Positions 1 to 13,541 of a DNA stretch of 64,000 bases are shown in pieces. Source of the DNA: Camelus dromedarius (taxonomy: Eukaryota); assembly GCF_036321535.1 (NCBI RefSeq), contig NC_087443.1, forward strand, positions 76,756,001 to 76,820,000, given 5' to 3'. Position 1 is the stretch's first letter. The number at the start of each line of letters is the position of its first letter. The notes under the pieces were generated by a model. That model was given only the letters and a program-made list of their open reading frames with translations. It was not told the DNA's origin and did no database searches. Position numbers and translations under genes: made by a program.

Positions 1-504
1 CCCCAGATTGCAGAGTTAGTATGTGGTGGAGAGAGGAAATAAAGGGCCGTACTCTTTTCACTCCACAAACCACTGTAGTCATAGGAAAGGAAAGGAATAC
101 ACAAACTGGAATTATCCCTGTGCCTGGGACATCATTTGCCTTAATAAATTCCCATCATCCAGAACAGTTGGTGGCACAAAATGGGTGCTCAGGACAGGGT
201 GTGGCAGGAAGAAAGGACGAGAGTGAGGAAGCAACAACAGATGCCCTTTCTTTCCAAGACTGACTCTTGACCTGTAATGACATAATGCCAAATAGCTCTC
301 AGATCATTTAAAACAATTTTTTTTTTTTACCAAACATTTTACATGATTGGCAGCCCCACATACAATTTAAATCACTCTGGGGTTATTAGGCTCAGGTTTC
401 AGGCTCTGCTCTTTTCTTACCAGATGCGTGACCTTGGGCAAGTCTCCTCCTCTCTTAGACTCAGTTTATTCACCAGTAAATGAGAGAGTTAACCAGTGGG
501 CAGA

Positions 505-1268
505 AGGGCTGATTACATTTCACCAAAACAGATACCAAGTGGCCAATAATAGGCATATGAAGAGAGAGTAAACATCACTACCCATCAGGAAATGAACATT
601 GGAATGCAAATGTGATACTACTACGTGCTTTATAGAATCATTGGAATAAAAAAGGTGGTCAATCCTAGAAGGATGTGGAACACCAGGAACTCTACCCATT
701 GCAGGTGGGAACATAAATTTCAACAACTGGAGAACTGATGGGCAGTATCTACTAAAGCTAGACTTATGCATACCCAGTAACCCCACTCCGAGATGTATTC
801 CCAAAGGAAACATGAAGATGTATTTGCCAGAAGATACGTATAAGACTGTTTAATCAAAATGGCAAAATGTATTTGATCACCCATCAACAGTAGAGTGGAT
901 AGATAAATTGTGGCAGGTGTTTACAGTAATGTGCCAACAGTAATAGAAATAAATAGTCTACAACTATACACAACATGGACGAAACTCACAAATAATGTTG
1001 AGCAAAGAAAGCCGGACACAAAAAAGAACAGACTGTAGGATTCAATTTTTATAATTAGAAGGAAAAAACAGGCATTAGCTACTATGCTGTTAGAAGTAGG
1101 ATAGTGGTCACCCTTGGGGAGGGAGGCATGGGAAGGTGGCACAGGGGCGGGGCTCAGGGTGCTTGCAATGTTCTGTTCTTGATCTGGGTACTGTTTGTGG
1201 ATACACACCAAGCTGTACACATCTGATATATTCAGTTCTGCATTTATTACACTGCCATAAAAGTTTTG
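505..1268 (+). mobile_element. Old L1 (L1M-type) 3' region
   Basis: Degenerate ORF2 end and 3' UTR motifs (GGATGTGGAAC, CATCAACAGTAGAGTGGATA, AAGAAAGCCGGACACAAAA). Confidence 0.75.
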
Positions 1269-1803
1269 TAGAGGAGGTGGTTGGGCTACGTTCGGCATCT
1301 TTAGTGTCCTTTGCAGCTTCAGCTGGGATAATAACTACCTCATTGTGTCAGGCACTAAGCTAAGTGCCTCCCACACAAGCTCACGTTTAGTCCTCTCTTC
1401 AGTCCTCTGAGCCGGACACTATGGTAAGGAAACTGAGCCCGAGACACTGGGGAACTTGCCAAGTTCACATATCGACTGAGGGGTGGAGGTGGCTTTGAGC
1501 CCAGCCACTCCGGGGCCAGGGACCTTACCTGTAGTCCTTGAAAACCACAGCCCAGGGGAACCAGGTGTTGGGTGCAGCAAAAGCGACCCTTTTGGGTATC
1601 TCCCACTGAGTGTCTCCCCCTTTCTCTCCACAGCCTCGTTCCTTCTGAGTTTTCCTCACGCTGGAGGGAAGAGGGGGCACTTTCTGTTTCTCTTTCCCTG
1701 TTTTTCTTTTTCTGAATTTGTGTCTTCCCACTTCCTCGTAGACTCTTAGATGCTTGCCTTTAATTGACCTAAGATGGAATTACATTTTTAAATGTACTTA
1801 TTA

Positions 1804-1809
1804 TTTATT
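1804..1809 (-). terminator. Candidate NKX1-2 polyadenylation signal (AATAAA on the minus strand); ATTAAA alternatives at 3005-3010, 2143-2148 and 1759-1764
   Basis: The first canonical hexamer I found downstream of the stop codon. The intervening sequence is AT-rich with several AUUUA pentamers. The real 3' end cannot be determined from sequence. Confidence 0.3.
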
Positions 1810-4695
1810 GAAGCACTTCTATGTTAGTCTACTCAAAACTTTAAAAGCTAGTTAAATAGGTTCCTAAGAGTTATTTCTTAAAAAACAAGTACACTAAGTT
1901 GATATGTGCCCATAAAATGGATAGGGGTCTCTCAATGTAAGAAATACTTCTAGTCACTCCTTTAAATGAGGTTCCCTGGCTATATGGTTTCAAGTGGGAA
2001 TCTAAAATGGTCATTTTTAACATCAAAAATTTATGACCAGTGGATGCCCCAAGTCTGAAAATTTATCTGCAAAAGCCTTTATGGGGTATTAAGAACTTGT
2101 AAAGTAAAGCTAGAAGTTAATGTCCTAGAAATCTGGTGTTGATTTAATTTGTAGCCACTAGTTAAAATTCTGTAAAGATGCTTTGCTTTTGCTATGAAAA
2201 ATGGCCCTAAATGTGTTTGTGTATACTGCCTGCAAATGGAACCACTGTGTGTGTATCTAGCAAGGGTCTGAAAAGGATGACTTAAGAAAGTAGCATTGGA
2301 GTAGAAATACCCTCAAGGCTAGCGGTGGGGGTAGGGGGGTGGGGGGAATACATGCATACAACCTCTGACTATTATATAATTATTTAAAAGGTTCGCTAAT
2401 GGAGGACAAGAAATAAGCCAGAAATTATTACAAACAAAATTTATTAGACAAACACGTCAATAGACTGAGTGTCAGGATTTGGTTGGAAAGCCACTGGGCC
2501 TTTTAAAGCAGCAGAAGTCCAAAGTCACATACTTTGAGCATTACTCGTTAAAACGTGTAGAAACGACAAAGGTCAGGAATTACAGAACTTCATGCTAGTC
2601 CACAGACAGATAAGCCTCCCACTTCCCTCCCTAGTTCCTCTCTTCAACTGGAGTCTTCTGGATTCTGGTATCTGAGAGGAATGGAATGTTTCCCATGTCT
2701 TACAGAAATTCGGCTTCTTTGTTACATATCTTGCCTCTGTGCACTTGAATTGCCTGTTCATGATACGTGGAATGTTGCTTTTGAGAAACCAAGGAATAGT
2801 CACTGAGGGAGTGTTTATCAACATGCAAAGTGAATAATATTTTCTACTACATCTGGCATCCGTTGTCTTTTAGAAAATTATAATGCCTTGTTTGGGGACA
2901 CTTTTCTTCTCTAGAATAGAGGGAAAAGAGTCTAATTAATAAATTATAATTAAATAATACATATTCTCAGATCTTATGAGAGTCACATGAATATGAAGTC
3001 TTCATTTAATTTGTAAGAAAGGGAGGGTATTTTCTCATCCTAATAATACAAGTAGCTATTTCAAGTTCATAATACCAAACAGTGTGCTTTTACTTTATAA
3101 GAAGCCATTGATCATTAAATTTAACTATTAATGACATGGGATGCCAAGAAATAGCAAGGAATATGGTATCCATATAGATATTTCCGGGCCTCAAGTCATC
3201 AAATAAAGGTGAGAGTGAAACATACATGACCTAGTTGGGCAGTCTGGGTTTCTGAGATATGGGCTGCAAATCATTTTACATAAAAAACTAAAGGAAGAGT
3301 ATTCCAAACAAAGCTGGCAAGAGAATTTTATAGAACTAATTCTTTAGGGAGATAATAAAATTAGCAGAATTCACGTCCATATATTAAGTTCTTGCAGTTG
3401 AATCAATTATGAAAATACTTTTTACTTCCATGGTAGCTTGTTACACCCAATAATTATTTCTTTCACAGCCCCTTACAACCTTTTGCTTGTTCACCATACC
3501 ATCACGGAGAGTCTGTGTGGAACAGAGTATCTTTCAAGTCAGAATCTTAGATGAAGCTCTAATAATGTTGAGTTTGTGCTTATATAAAAAAAAAGAAATA
3601 AAAGTCCAATTCATGACGCCGTGTGTGCTGGAGAAGCTAACTCTCCCCCAGCTTTGATCACTGTTGAAAGCCTAGGACTTACCGGGACAGAGACATTAGC
3701 CAGGACCGAAGTTTTACAGGATCAAATACTGCAAATCAAGATGGGCAGTCTCATGCACAGACCTCAAGATTTTAGCTGAGCCATTGGTCCCTTTGTTAAT
3801 CATTTTTATGCCTTTGGGGCCACTGCCGTGGTTTGTCAAAGCTGCTCTCAAAACTTGCAGTGGTGCTGAACTACTTTAGCAGGCAAGTCTAGCTATATAG
3901 GTGTTGCATTTCCCAGCACGAATTTCTGGTCTTCTCAGAAAAATAAGGTACCCATTTTCTCAGGAATAGCCTGTGGAGAGACTGCTTGGAACAAGAATTG
4001 CGCTCAAGTCCGAATCTTAAATGAAGATCTAAAAATGTAGAGTTTTATGCATTTAAAAAATTGTCCATTTCACGGCGGCAGTGTGGTTCACAGACTCAGC
4101 TCTCTCCAACTTTGTTCAGTATTTGGGAGGAATCGCTGGGTTTGGGCCAATAATTAAGTATGAAATGGGAAACAGTCTGCTTTGAGAAGGGAAAGCGCCT
4201 TACCCTCTGAGTGAGCCAAAATCTTTGAAAATTACACCCTAGGTTTGAGCAACTGGAGGGCGGGGCTTGGCTCCGGGTGCCTCCATCCCCGCCGCTCTGT
4301 GAGCCCCGCGCGGAATACCCAGGCCCTCAAAAAGAGCCCTTGAACGGAATTAAGCCTGACCAAAAGTGAAGAACAAGGTCCATAAACGGGAAGGCTTGAG
4401 AACAGCCTCAGTCTCTGGACACTTAAAGATGGCAGATCCTTGGCCCCCTCTCATGGACCGCGTGGATTCAGGGGTTCCGCGCGGCGGGAAGGCGCGCGGC
4501 TGGGAGTCGGCGGGCGGCCTCTCCCGGCCCTCTGGCGGCGCCTCCTGGCAGTTTGGAATGGAAGGGGCGTGCAGACACCCGCGCACCGGGAGGGGGCGGT
4601 CCCTGCGCATCGGTGCAGCTCCGCGGGGTGGGGACCACAAGTCCACTCCAGTGACTCGTGAGTCCTGACGAAGTGGGGCCCGAGGGGCTCCGGGT

Positions 4696-5442
<747 letters not shown>

Positions 5443-5682
5443 TCAGGAGCCCGGAACGACCCGGCCCTTCCGGGTCCACAGACCTTTCCTTATCCTCCTC
5501 AGAGCATGCAGCTCTCTCCCCAATCCAGACCTCAGCTTTGCCCTTCTCCCCGCTACCCGATACCACCCCCCCCCATCCCCAGGACCGCATAGAGTTGCAA
5601 GTCCTTCCCAGGAGTTGGGGTTTAGGGGTGCAGTGTCCCTTTACTCATCTACCACGTAGTAGACGTCTAAGAAGTGTATTTT

Positions 5683-5704
5683 GAATGAATGAATGAATGA
5701 ATGA
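5683..5704 (+). repeat. (GAAT)5 microsatellite, an L2 tail
   Basis: Read directly from the sequence. Confidence 0.9.
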
Positions 5705-5920
5705 CACCCCGCATTAAGAAAAAATAACTACCATAAGGTTGGACAACCTTATAGTATCGTTGTACATTAAGGCATCAAGATGTCAAGTGCGTTTAGGGCT
5801 GTATCTCCCAGTCCCTAGAAGCCTATTTTGGCCTGGAACTCCTAGCAATTAAAAATGAAGTTATTAAGCGCCCCCTCCTCTCTTTTAAAGTGAAATTCTC
5901 TCTTTCCCATCTTCTCTCTC

Positions 5921-6108
5921 NNNNNNNNNNNNNNNNNNNNNNNNNNNNNNNNNNNNNNNNNNNNNNNNNNNNNNNNNNNNNNNNNNNNNNNNNNNNNNNN
6001 NNNNNNNNNNNNNNNNNNNNNNNNNNNNNNNNNNNNNNNNNNNNNNNNNNNNNNNNNNNNNNNNNNNNNNNNNNNNNNNNNNNNNNNNNNNNNNNNNNNN
6101 NNNNNNNN
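5921..6108. other. Assembly gap (188 N) in the NKX1-2 intron
   Basis: N run. Confidence 1.
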
Positions 6109-6982
6109 GGGGAGCTCAGCCCCTGCGAGGGGCGATCCGAACAATTACCAGGCGGACCATCCAGGCCCAAGCCCAGCCGCCAGAGGCGCCAAGAGCCCCA
6201 GACAATCACCACAAAACTTGGGGAGGAGAAGTGAGCGGGGCGGGAGGCCGAGATATCAAGCCTCTCCCAGATCAGTGCCTCTGACCTTTGGCGTCCCTCC
6301 AGGGAACTTCGTGCCTTACCCAGCTTGAGTCCTGCTATCTTTTGTCTTTCCTTTCAGGCACAAACTTTCCTGGACCCCTCATCAGGTGTCCACCGAAGTT
6401 AGGAGTTAAGTCAAAAAGGGTTTCCGGGAGAAAGGACCAAAAGCATCCTATCACCCCACCCCACCTACCCCAACCCCAGCCTAGTCGAAGACAGGATCTG
6501 GGGCGAGTGAGCATGTAGGGCGGAGTCTCTACAGCTGTATTTGGATGGTTGGAAGTGGGCACTGGGTTTCTAAACCGGACCTCACAGCCTGCTAAGACCC
6601 TGGACACATGATTTAGCCTCAGCCCCCTGATCCAGAAAGTGGAGGTGATGCTGTCTACCTCGCAGGTTCTGAAGTTTTTCATGACTTTCATCCCAGTCTC
6701 TAGCCCAGGTCCTGGAATGTGGCAGGCGCATTACATGCCCAATAAATGAATGAGCCTGGATAAGGTGGGTGCTGTGTAACTATTAGTTTCCACTCAGAGT
6801 AAATCAGAGCTGGACTGCTTACTCGCTTAGCAGGTGAGCAGGGACAGGCTTCGGTGGTAAATCCCTGACCCGTGATGCTAGGGGCCTTCTTTTTAACCTC
6901 AGCTTAATTACGAGACAGGGGCTGCACTTCACGACTCGTCCTATACGCCTTCTCGCGTTGGGGAAGATGCCTCTAAGGGCTA

Positions 6983-7760
<778 letters not shown>

Positions 7761-10438
7761 CGCCTTTGACTGGGGATGCGACTGAGGCCAGCAGTGATTA
7801 CTTCAAGGTAACGTTCAGAACTTATGCCTCGCCAGTGAATCACAGTAGTAGCCTCAGACCTGGTCACCTTGGATTTAAAAGCTCTCGTGTTCTCGCAGTT
7901 TACAAAGCTCATCGGTTTGCACGATCTCATTTGGTCCTCTAAGCATCCCTGTGAAGTGGGCGTGGCCTGACAGGACTGTTGGCCCCGTTTTAAGAAGAGT
8001 AAACTAAGGTTCAAAGATAAGAAGTGAGATAAGAAGTGCCATTGCCCAGGGTCACTGTTGGTTGGTGATAAGAGTCAGGATTCGAACCCAGGTCTCCCTT
8101 CTCGGACCAATATTCTTTTCAGTACGTTCTGCTCTCTAGGAAACAGCGAAAGTCCTGCACTGCGTCAGAGGCTTTCCCTTCCATCCTGGAGCCTAGCTAG
8201 GTCAGGGAGCAGCAAGGGTTTTGGAGAGATGTCTGAGCCCCTGCCAAAATGCCGCACCGCTTTGGAAACCTTGGCAGGTTGGGGTCTCACAGCCAGGTGA
8301 GAAGCCCTGGTAAGGGCAGGTGAGCCAGCTGAGGGTGGCAGCCCCGGCCTGCGGAGACACCAAGCTCAGTCCCAGGTGCCCTTCAGGCATTCTTCAGAGT
8401 CACAGATTTGATCATTTGCAACAAATATTGGGTCCCTGGGAATCTTGCATTTTGACACCCACCCTCCCAGTTGACCTAAAAAGAAAAAAGGTTAAAAGGT
8501 GCTTATCTGGTTTGGATTTAAGGTCAGAGAACAGGGATGATTGAATCGGCTTCTACCTGCCCACCAAGTCTGGTGGGATAGTGCCCATCAGTCCTTGGTG
8601 AAGCTTCCACCTGCCACGCCCTTCTTAACGTTTCTTTTTCCCTTTTGTCACTTGGGGAGCAGTCTGTAAGCGCTAAGCATTTATCTCAGCGGCAAATTCT
8701 GAGGCTTCTCCCACCCCTCTGCCTAGAACCACCTCTAAGGCTGCTGTTCCTTTCTTCCCTGCCCCATGGGGTTTCCAAACAATGACTTGGCAATTAACAT
8801 TGTCGAAGCAGGTAGGAGTAGGAAGGGGAGGAGAACCCTTCTCATTAAAGTGCAGGGGGCGGGGTGGGGGGGCGCGGCTAATCCCATCTGTTATAGATGA
8901 GAAGGCCTCAAGGGCCAGCTCCTGGGAGCTTTTTTCATTCAAACCTTGGGACCCCTCCCAGAGGTGGCTACTGTATTCCCTGGGGACTTTAAAGCCCTGC
9001 CGAAATTCATGCCAGCTCCAGTCCTAAAGACGAGATGGATTGTGCTTTAAAAGGAAATCAGGAAAGGAAGTGCTCTGCCCAAGCCCCCGGACCACCTCCC
9101 ACCAGAGGGAATGCACAACTTGTCAAAACCAGAGAAAGTCATGGTGGCTCTAAACGGTGATACCCACCCAGGAACCTGGATTTCAAATCACAGGACCTTC
9201 CAGATCACAGATAGGGTAGTTTATTTTTTGTTTTGACAACTCTTTCTCACCCAGTTCTCACTTGACTTTTTTTTTTTTAAACTTTCTTTTCATTCTCTCT
9301 CCCTCCCCACTGATCCTAGCCCTCCTTTACTTTTCCCCACCACATTCATGTTTTCTCATTTAGATTCTTCAGGGTAGCTAGAAATAGACCTCTTTAAGGT
9401 AGCTCCAGGTGGACATTTCTGGCTTCCCATGGCCCCTCTCTTATCTGTTCTCCTGTAAGAAATATCGAGGCCACTTCCATGGGAAGGTGAGCCGGTATTC
9501 CCGGGGGCACCCCATACTCCCAACCCAGGGGGACAGGGAAGCCACAGACAACCAAGGGGCAGCCCAAACCCAGATCATTTTCATTTCACTTTATCAATTG
9601 TCTCCAAAAATATCTGTCCTTTGAGGTCCACAGGTATTAAATATAGGGGGAAAGGGAGCAGAAAGAGGAGAAGCAAAAATTGGAAAGTCAAGACCACATA
9701 AGGCCCATGGCTTTAAGACTGTGAATCTTTCAGAGCTCCCTCTATTAATTATCTTTTTCTCCCCCCATTGTCCTTTATTTTTCCTATATTTCTGATATGT
9801 GTGTTCAGTGCAGGACAAGCTCATGTGAACCCTTGCACTCAATACTTGGCTCCTGGAGACAGATGACACAGGAAACATCACAGTGTCTCCCATCAATACT
9901 GAAGGAATAAAATGCATCCTCTTACTCACCCAACTTAAAGAGAAATGCCCCACCCAAAGAACAGGCTAAATCCTTCAATTTGGTGAGAGGAGGGGCTGCC
10001 TTAGGGAATTGTTTTTCTGGCCACCTGCTTTGTAAATGACCAGAAGGCAGTGAGACTTCCTGTAGGAACAATTTGGTGGCATGTTGACTCGATAATGTCC
10101 TCTCGGGCGTATTTATCCACAAGGGCTTCCTATATGATAAATATATCCATATCTACCATGTGTATTTATACACAAGGGGTTCCTATATAATAAGTGATCC
10201 ACATCCATATCCAGCAAGCCACCTTCCCCCTGCATGGAGTTGATTTGTGTTTTCAGTGTGGGCATTAAAATTCCGCCTGAGTGCTGTCTTTAAATTGCTT
10301 TGATGCTAGGTGGGTTCCATCCCTGACCTGTCCTGATGGCAAGTGATGGCTGTAACAAGCTGGGGATCAATATTCATAGCGGGTGTCCTGGGCTGATAAC
10401 ACTATCCAAGACAATGTTCACTATCAGTGCAGACAGCT

Positions 10439-10594
10439 NNNNNNNNNNNNNNNNNNNNNNNNNNNNNNNNNNNNNNNNNNNNNNNNNNNNNNNNNNNNNN
10501 NNNNNNNNNNNNNNNNNNNNNNNNNNNNNNNNNNNNNNNNNNNNNNNNNNNNNNNNNNNNNNNNNNNNNNNNNNNNNNNNNNNNNNNNNNNNNN
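10439..10594. other. Assembly gap (156 N)
   Basis: N run. Confidence 1.
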
Positions 10595-13104
10595 TTCCAC
10601 AAACAAAGTGGCCTATAATTCCAGCACAGACTTGAGGAGATGCTGCCTGAGCCATGACCAGAGTTAACAATGAAAAGAATTTACAGTTTATGCAGAGGGA
10701 GAGCAGTATTATGAGCAGCGTTAAAGCACCCTAGATAAAATCTTATGTTCCTGAAATAAAATACAACTTAAATTCTCCAGGTAACACCCTGTAGTCTGGG
10801 CCAGCCCATGGGGTAGAACATAGATGCCAAAGAGACAGCTTCATAAGGCACAGCTTGGTGACAGAGGAGAGAAGTTAACAGCGTGTAGCTGTGTGAGCAC
10901 CTCCATTAGTCCTGACCTCAGCCAGCTCTCCCCAAGATGTACTTCTTCAACTCGAAAAATGGTCTGCAGAACGGGAGTGGGGAGGCACTGGCTTTTTAAA
11001 GGATACTACTTACTGATAGCAGCAGAATCAGTTGTTAAATGTTTGCTTGACTTTATACCCCTTGTTGCTGGAGAGTTCATTTACAATTAAAGGCTAGCAT
11101 TTACCATTTCCCACCAGGGCTTTGAACTCTGGCTGCCAAGCAGAGCAAATATTCCTTTTAAAAACCTACTTCAGAGACTTTGATTTGTGAAAGCTCAAAG
11201 TGTAGACTTCCTACCCGTCCCCAGACTGCAACCAAAATTGAAATGTTTACGCAATACATTTTGCTTTAAGGAATCAGTACTCCTTTTTGGAAATCAACAA
11301 GTTAAAAAAATAATCAACTTCTTTATTTCAGAAATGTGGAGGAAGCATCAGAGAAGGTGATAAAGCAATGGGGGCAGTATTGATAAGTAGAATACATGTC
11401 AATTGATCCTGATAATGACAATTAGTAATAACAATCAGAGCTGTTCTTCCTTGGGCACTTGCTCTGGACCAGGCACTTGGCTAAGCCTTTTGCTTATTTG
11501 GCTTTACTTCATTTAACCCTCCTTATGACCCTACAAAGCAGGCACTATTATATCCCTAATTGACAGTCGTAAAAACCAAGCTCAGAGAGCTAAAGTAACT
11601 TGCCCACGATCCCAGAGCTAGGAAGTGATGAAGCTGAGACTTGAACCAGGAAGCAAGATCTCAGTGCCTGGTTCAGCAAGGTTCTTATCAAGGAAATCAC
11701 ATTCCTGCCCCAAGGTGAAATCCAGTTGCAGATATTTATCAAATGGCTTTCCTTCAAAGTTACGTACATCCAGGATAAAGGAGAGGACGTCAGAGAAAAT
11801 TACTGAGCCCAAGCACTGCCTGGGAGGATACTGTGGTGCCGGTTTTGGGATCCAGTTTTGGAAGCTCTTGTGTTCAGTATTTCCTAACATTATAAGATAT
11901 TCCCAGGAGGAGTCCAAGAGGAGGGAATTGCCAGGCAAGCCAAATTGCATCTGGAAAAGTAGAAAATTGCCACTGGGAGAAAGAATGTGGAAAAAAATGC
12001 CAAGTGACCAGCTGAGGCCATGTGAGGAGGGAACTGGTGAAGGCCAAGGCCAAGAGGAGTCAGGACAGAATACAGGCTCTTTCTGGGCTCTGTCTGACCC
12101 TGAGCATCACATGTCACATTCACGCTCTGTTCCAAAGAGAGGCACGTGCAGAATACAGACAAGAGAGCAAGGCAGGACTTGGCAAGTGTATGAAGTACCT
12201 GCTTCCTGGTTGAATGAAGATCTATATGATCCATCATTCTTGGATGATCTCCTGCAAGGCAGGTGACAAAGTCCTCTGGTCCCCACATCTGTGCCCAGAT
12301 TTCATGCCTTCAATCTTCTCTTCCCTGTTCTCCTTGCCTTGCTGCCCGCAGGCTTTTCACCTCACTTAGGTATGCAAACTCCAGCCCTTCGCCTCCATAA
12401 GCAGGCCAGCTGGCTGAGGGCCCTGGCAGGCTGAAGTGGCCTCATTCCACTCGAGGGGCTGCTTCTCCTCCACCCGGTGCACAGTGACCCTGCAGGAAGG
12501 CTGATCAGTCCTGCCAGATCTCTGTATTGCCCCAAAGAAATTGGAAATCTGAATTCTTATGTGACATCGCCAAAGTTTTCAAGCTGGTAACTAATTCAAA
12601 ATGTTGAAAAACAGGCTATCAGAAACAGGTCTGTGGGTCAGCAGTCTGCCATCCCCACTGTGCATTTGTCAAGTGAGCTCACCTGATTCACTGTTTCGGT
12701 GTTTCCATGGCTACTGTGGTTTGTGGGGTAAAGACTAAAGGTGTTAGCACCGAATGCAAGGCTCTTGACTATCTAACCCAGCTGTCTGTTCAGCCTTGGT
12801 CCCTGGACAGGCTGTGTTCTGGGTGAGATGTGTGTGGGTCCCCTGCCCACGCATGCTCCCTTCTCAGAGACCCTGGCCAGCCCCTGGATGCTGGTGAGTG
12901 GGCAGTGGGCTGGGTGGAGGCTGTGGGGGGATAGACACCTGACCCATGGGCTAGCCTATTCCTTGGGCTGCCTTATGCAGCCAGCTTAACCAGCTGAGCT
13001 GGACCAGTCAAATCCCTCTCCCAGGAGTTGGAATTAAGCCCTCGGAGCATGTTTCCTGCCAGTGGTGGGTATTTGAGCCCAATGGACAAGGAAAACGGGT
13101 CAAA

Positions 13105-13541
13105 AGGATATAGAGATAGAGATGGAGATGGAAATAGAGATGGATACAAAGGGATTATTTTTTAAAAAGGAATTGGCTCATGCAATTATGAAGACAGGCA
13201 AGTCCTAAGATCTGGGTGAGCTGGCAGGCTCAAAGCCCAGGAAGAGCCAGCCAGTGTTCCAATTTGACTTGAAAAGCAGGGGGTGGGGGAGGGGGGTCAT
13301 TGTCCCAGTTTGAAGGCTGTCAGGCAGGAAGAACTCTCCTACTCAGAGGAAGGTTAGCCTTTTTGGTCAATTCAGGCCTTCAACTGATTGGATAAGGCCC
13401 ACCCACATTAGGGAGGACAATCTGCTTTGCTCAGTCTGCCAGTTTAAATATTAGTTACATCCAAAACACCCTCACAGATATATTCAGAACAACATTTGAC
13501 CTATGGCCCAGCTGAGTTGATACATGAAACTAACCACCACA
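13105..13541 (-). mobile_element. MLT2-family solo LTR
   Basis: GGAATTGGCTCATGCAATTATG..CAACTGATTGGATAAGGCCCACCCACATTA signature. Confidence 0.75.

Noticed and set aside
2324-2346. G-rich tract GGTGGGGGTAGGGGGGTGGGGGG
   Set aside because: Could form a DNA G-quadruplex, but such tracts are common, it is C-rich in the NKX1-2 mRNA sense, and nothing else supports a function.
4525-4538. CTCF-like CCGCCAGAGGGCCG on the minus strand
   Set aside because: Lies in very GC-rich sequence where chance matches are common, and has two deviations from consensus.
11625-12266. 213-aa plus-strand ORF between the two genes
   Set aside because: Starts inside a MIR; no recognisable domain or splice structure.
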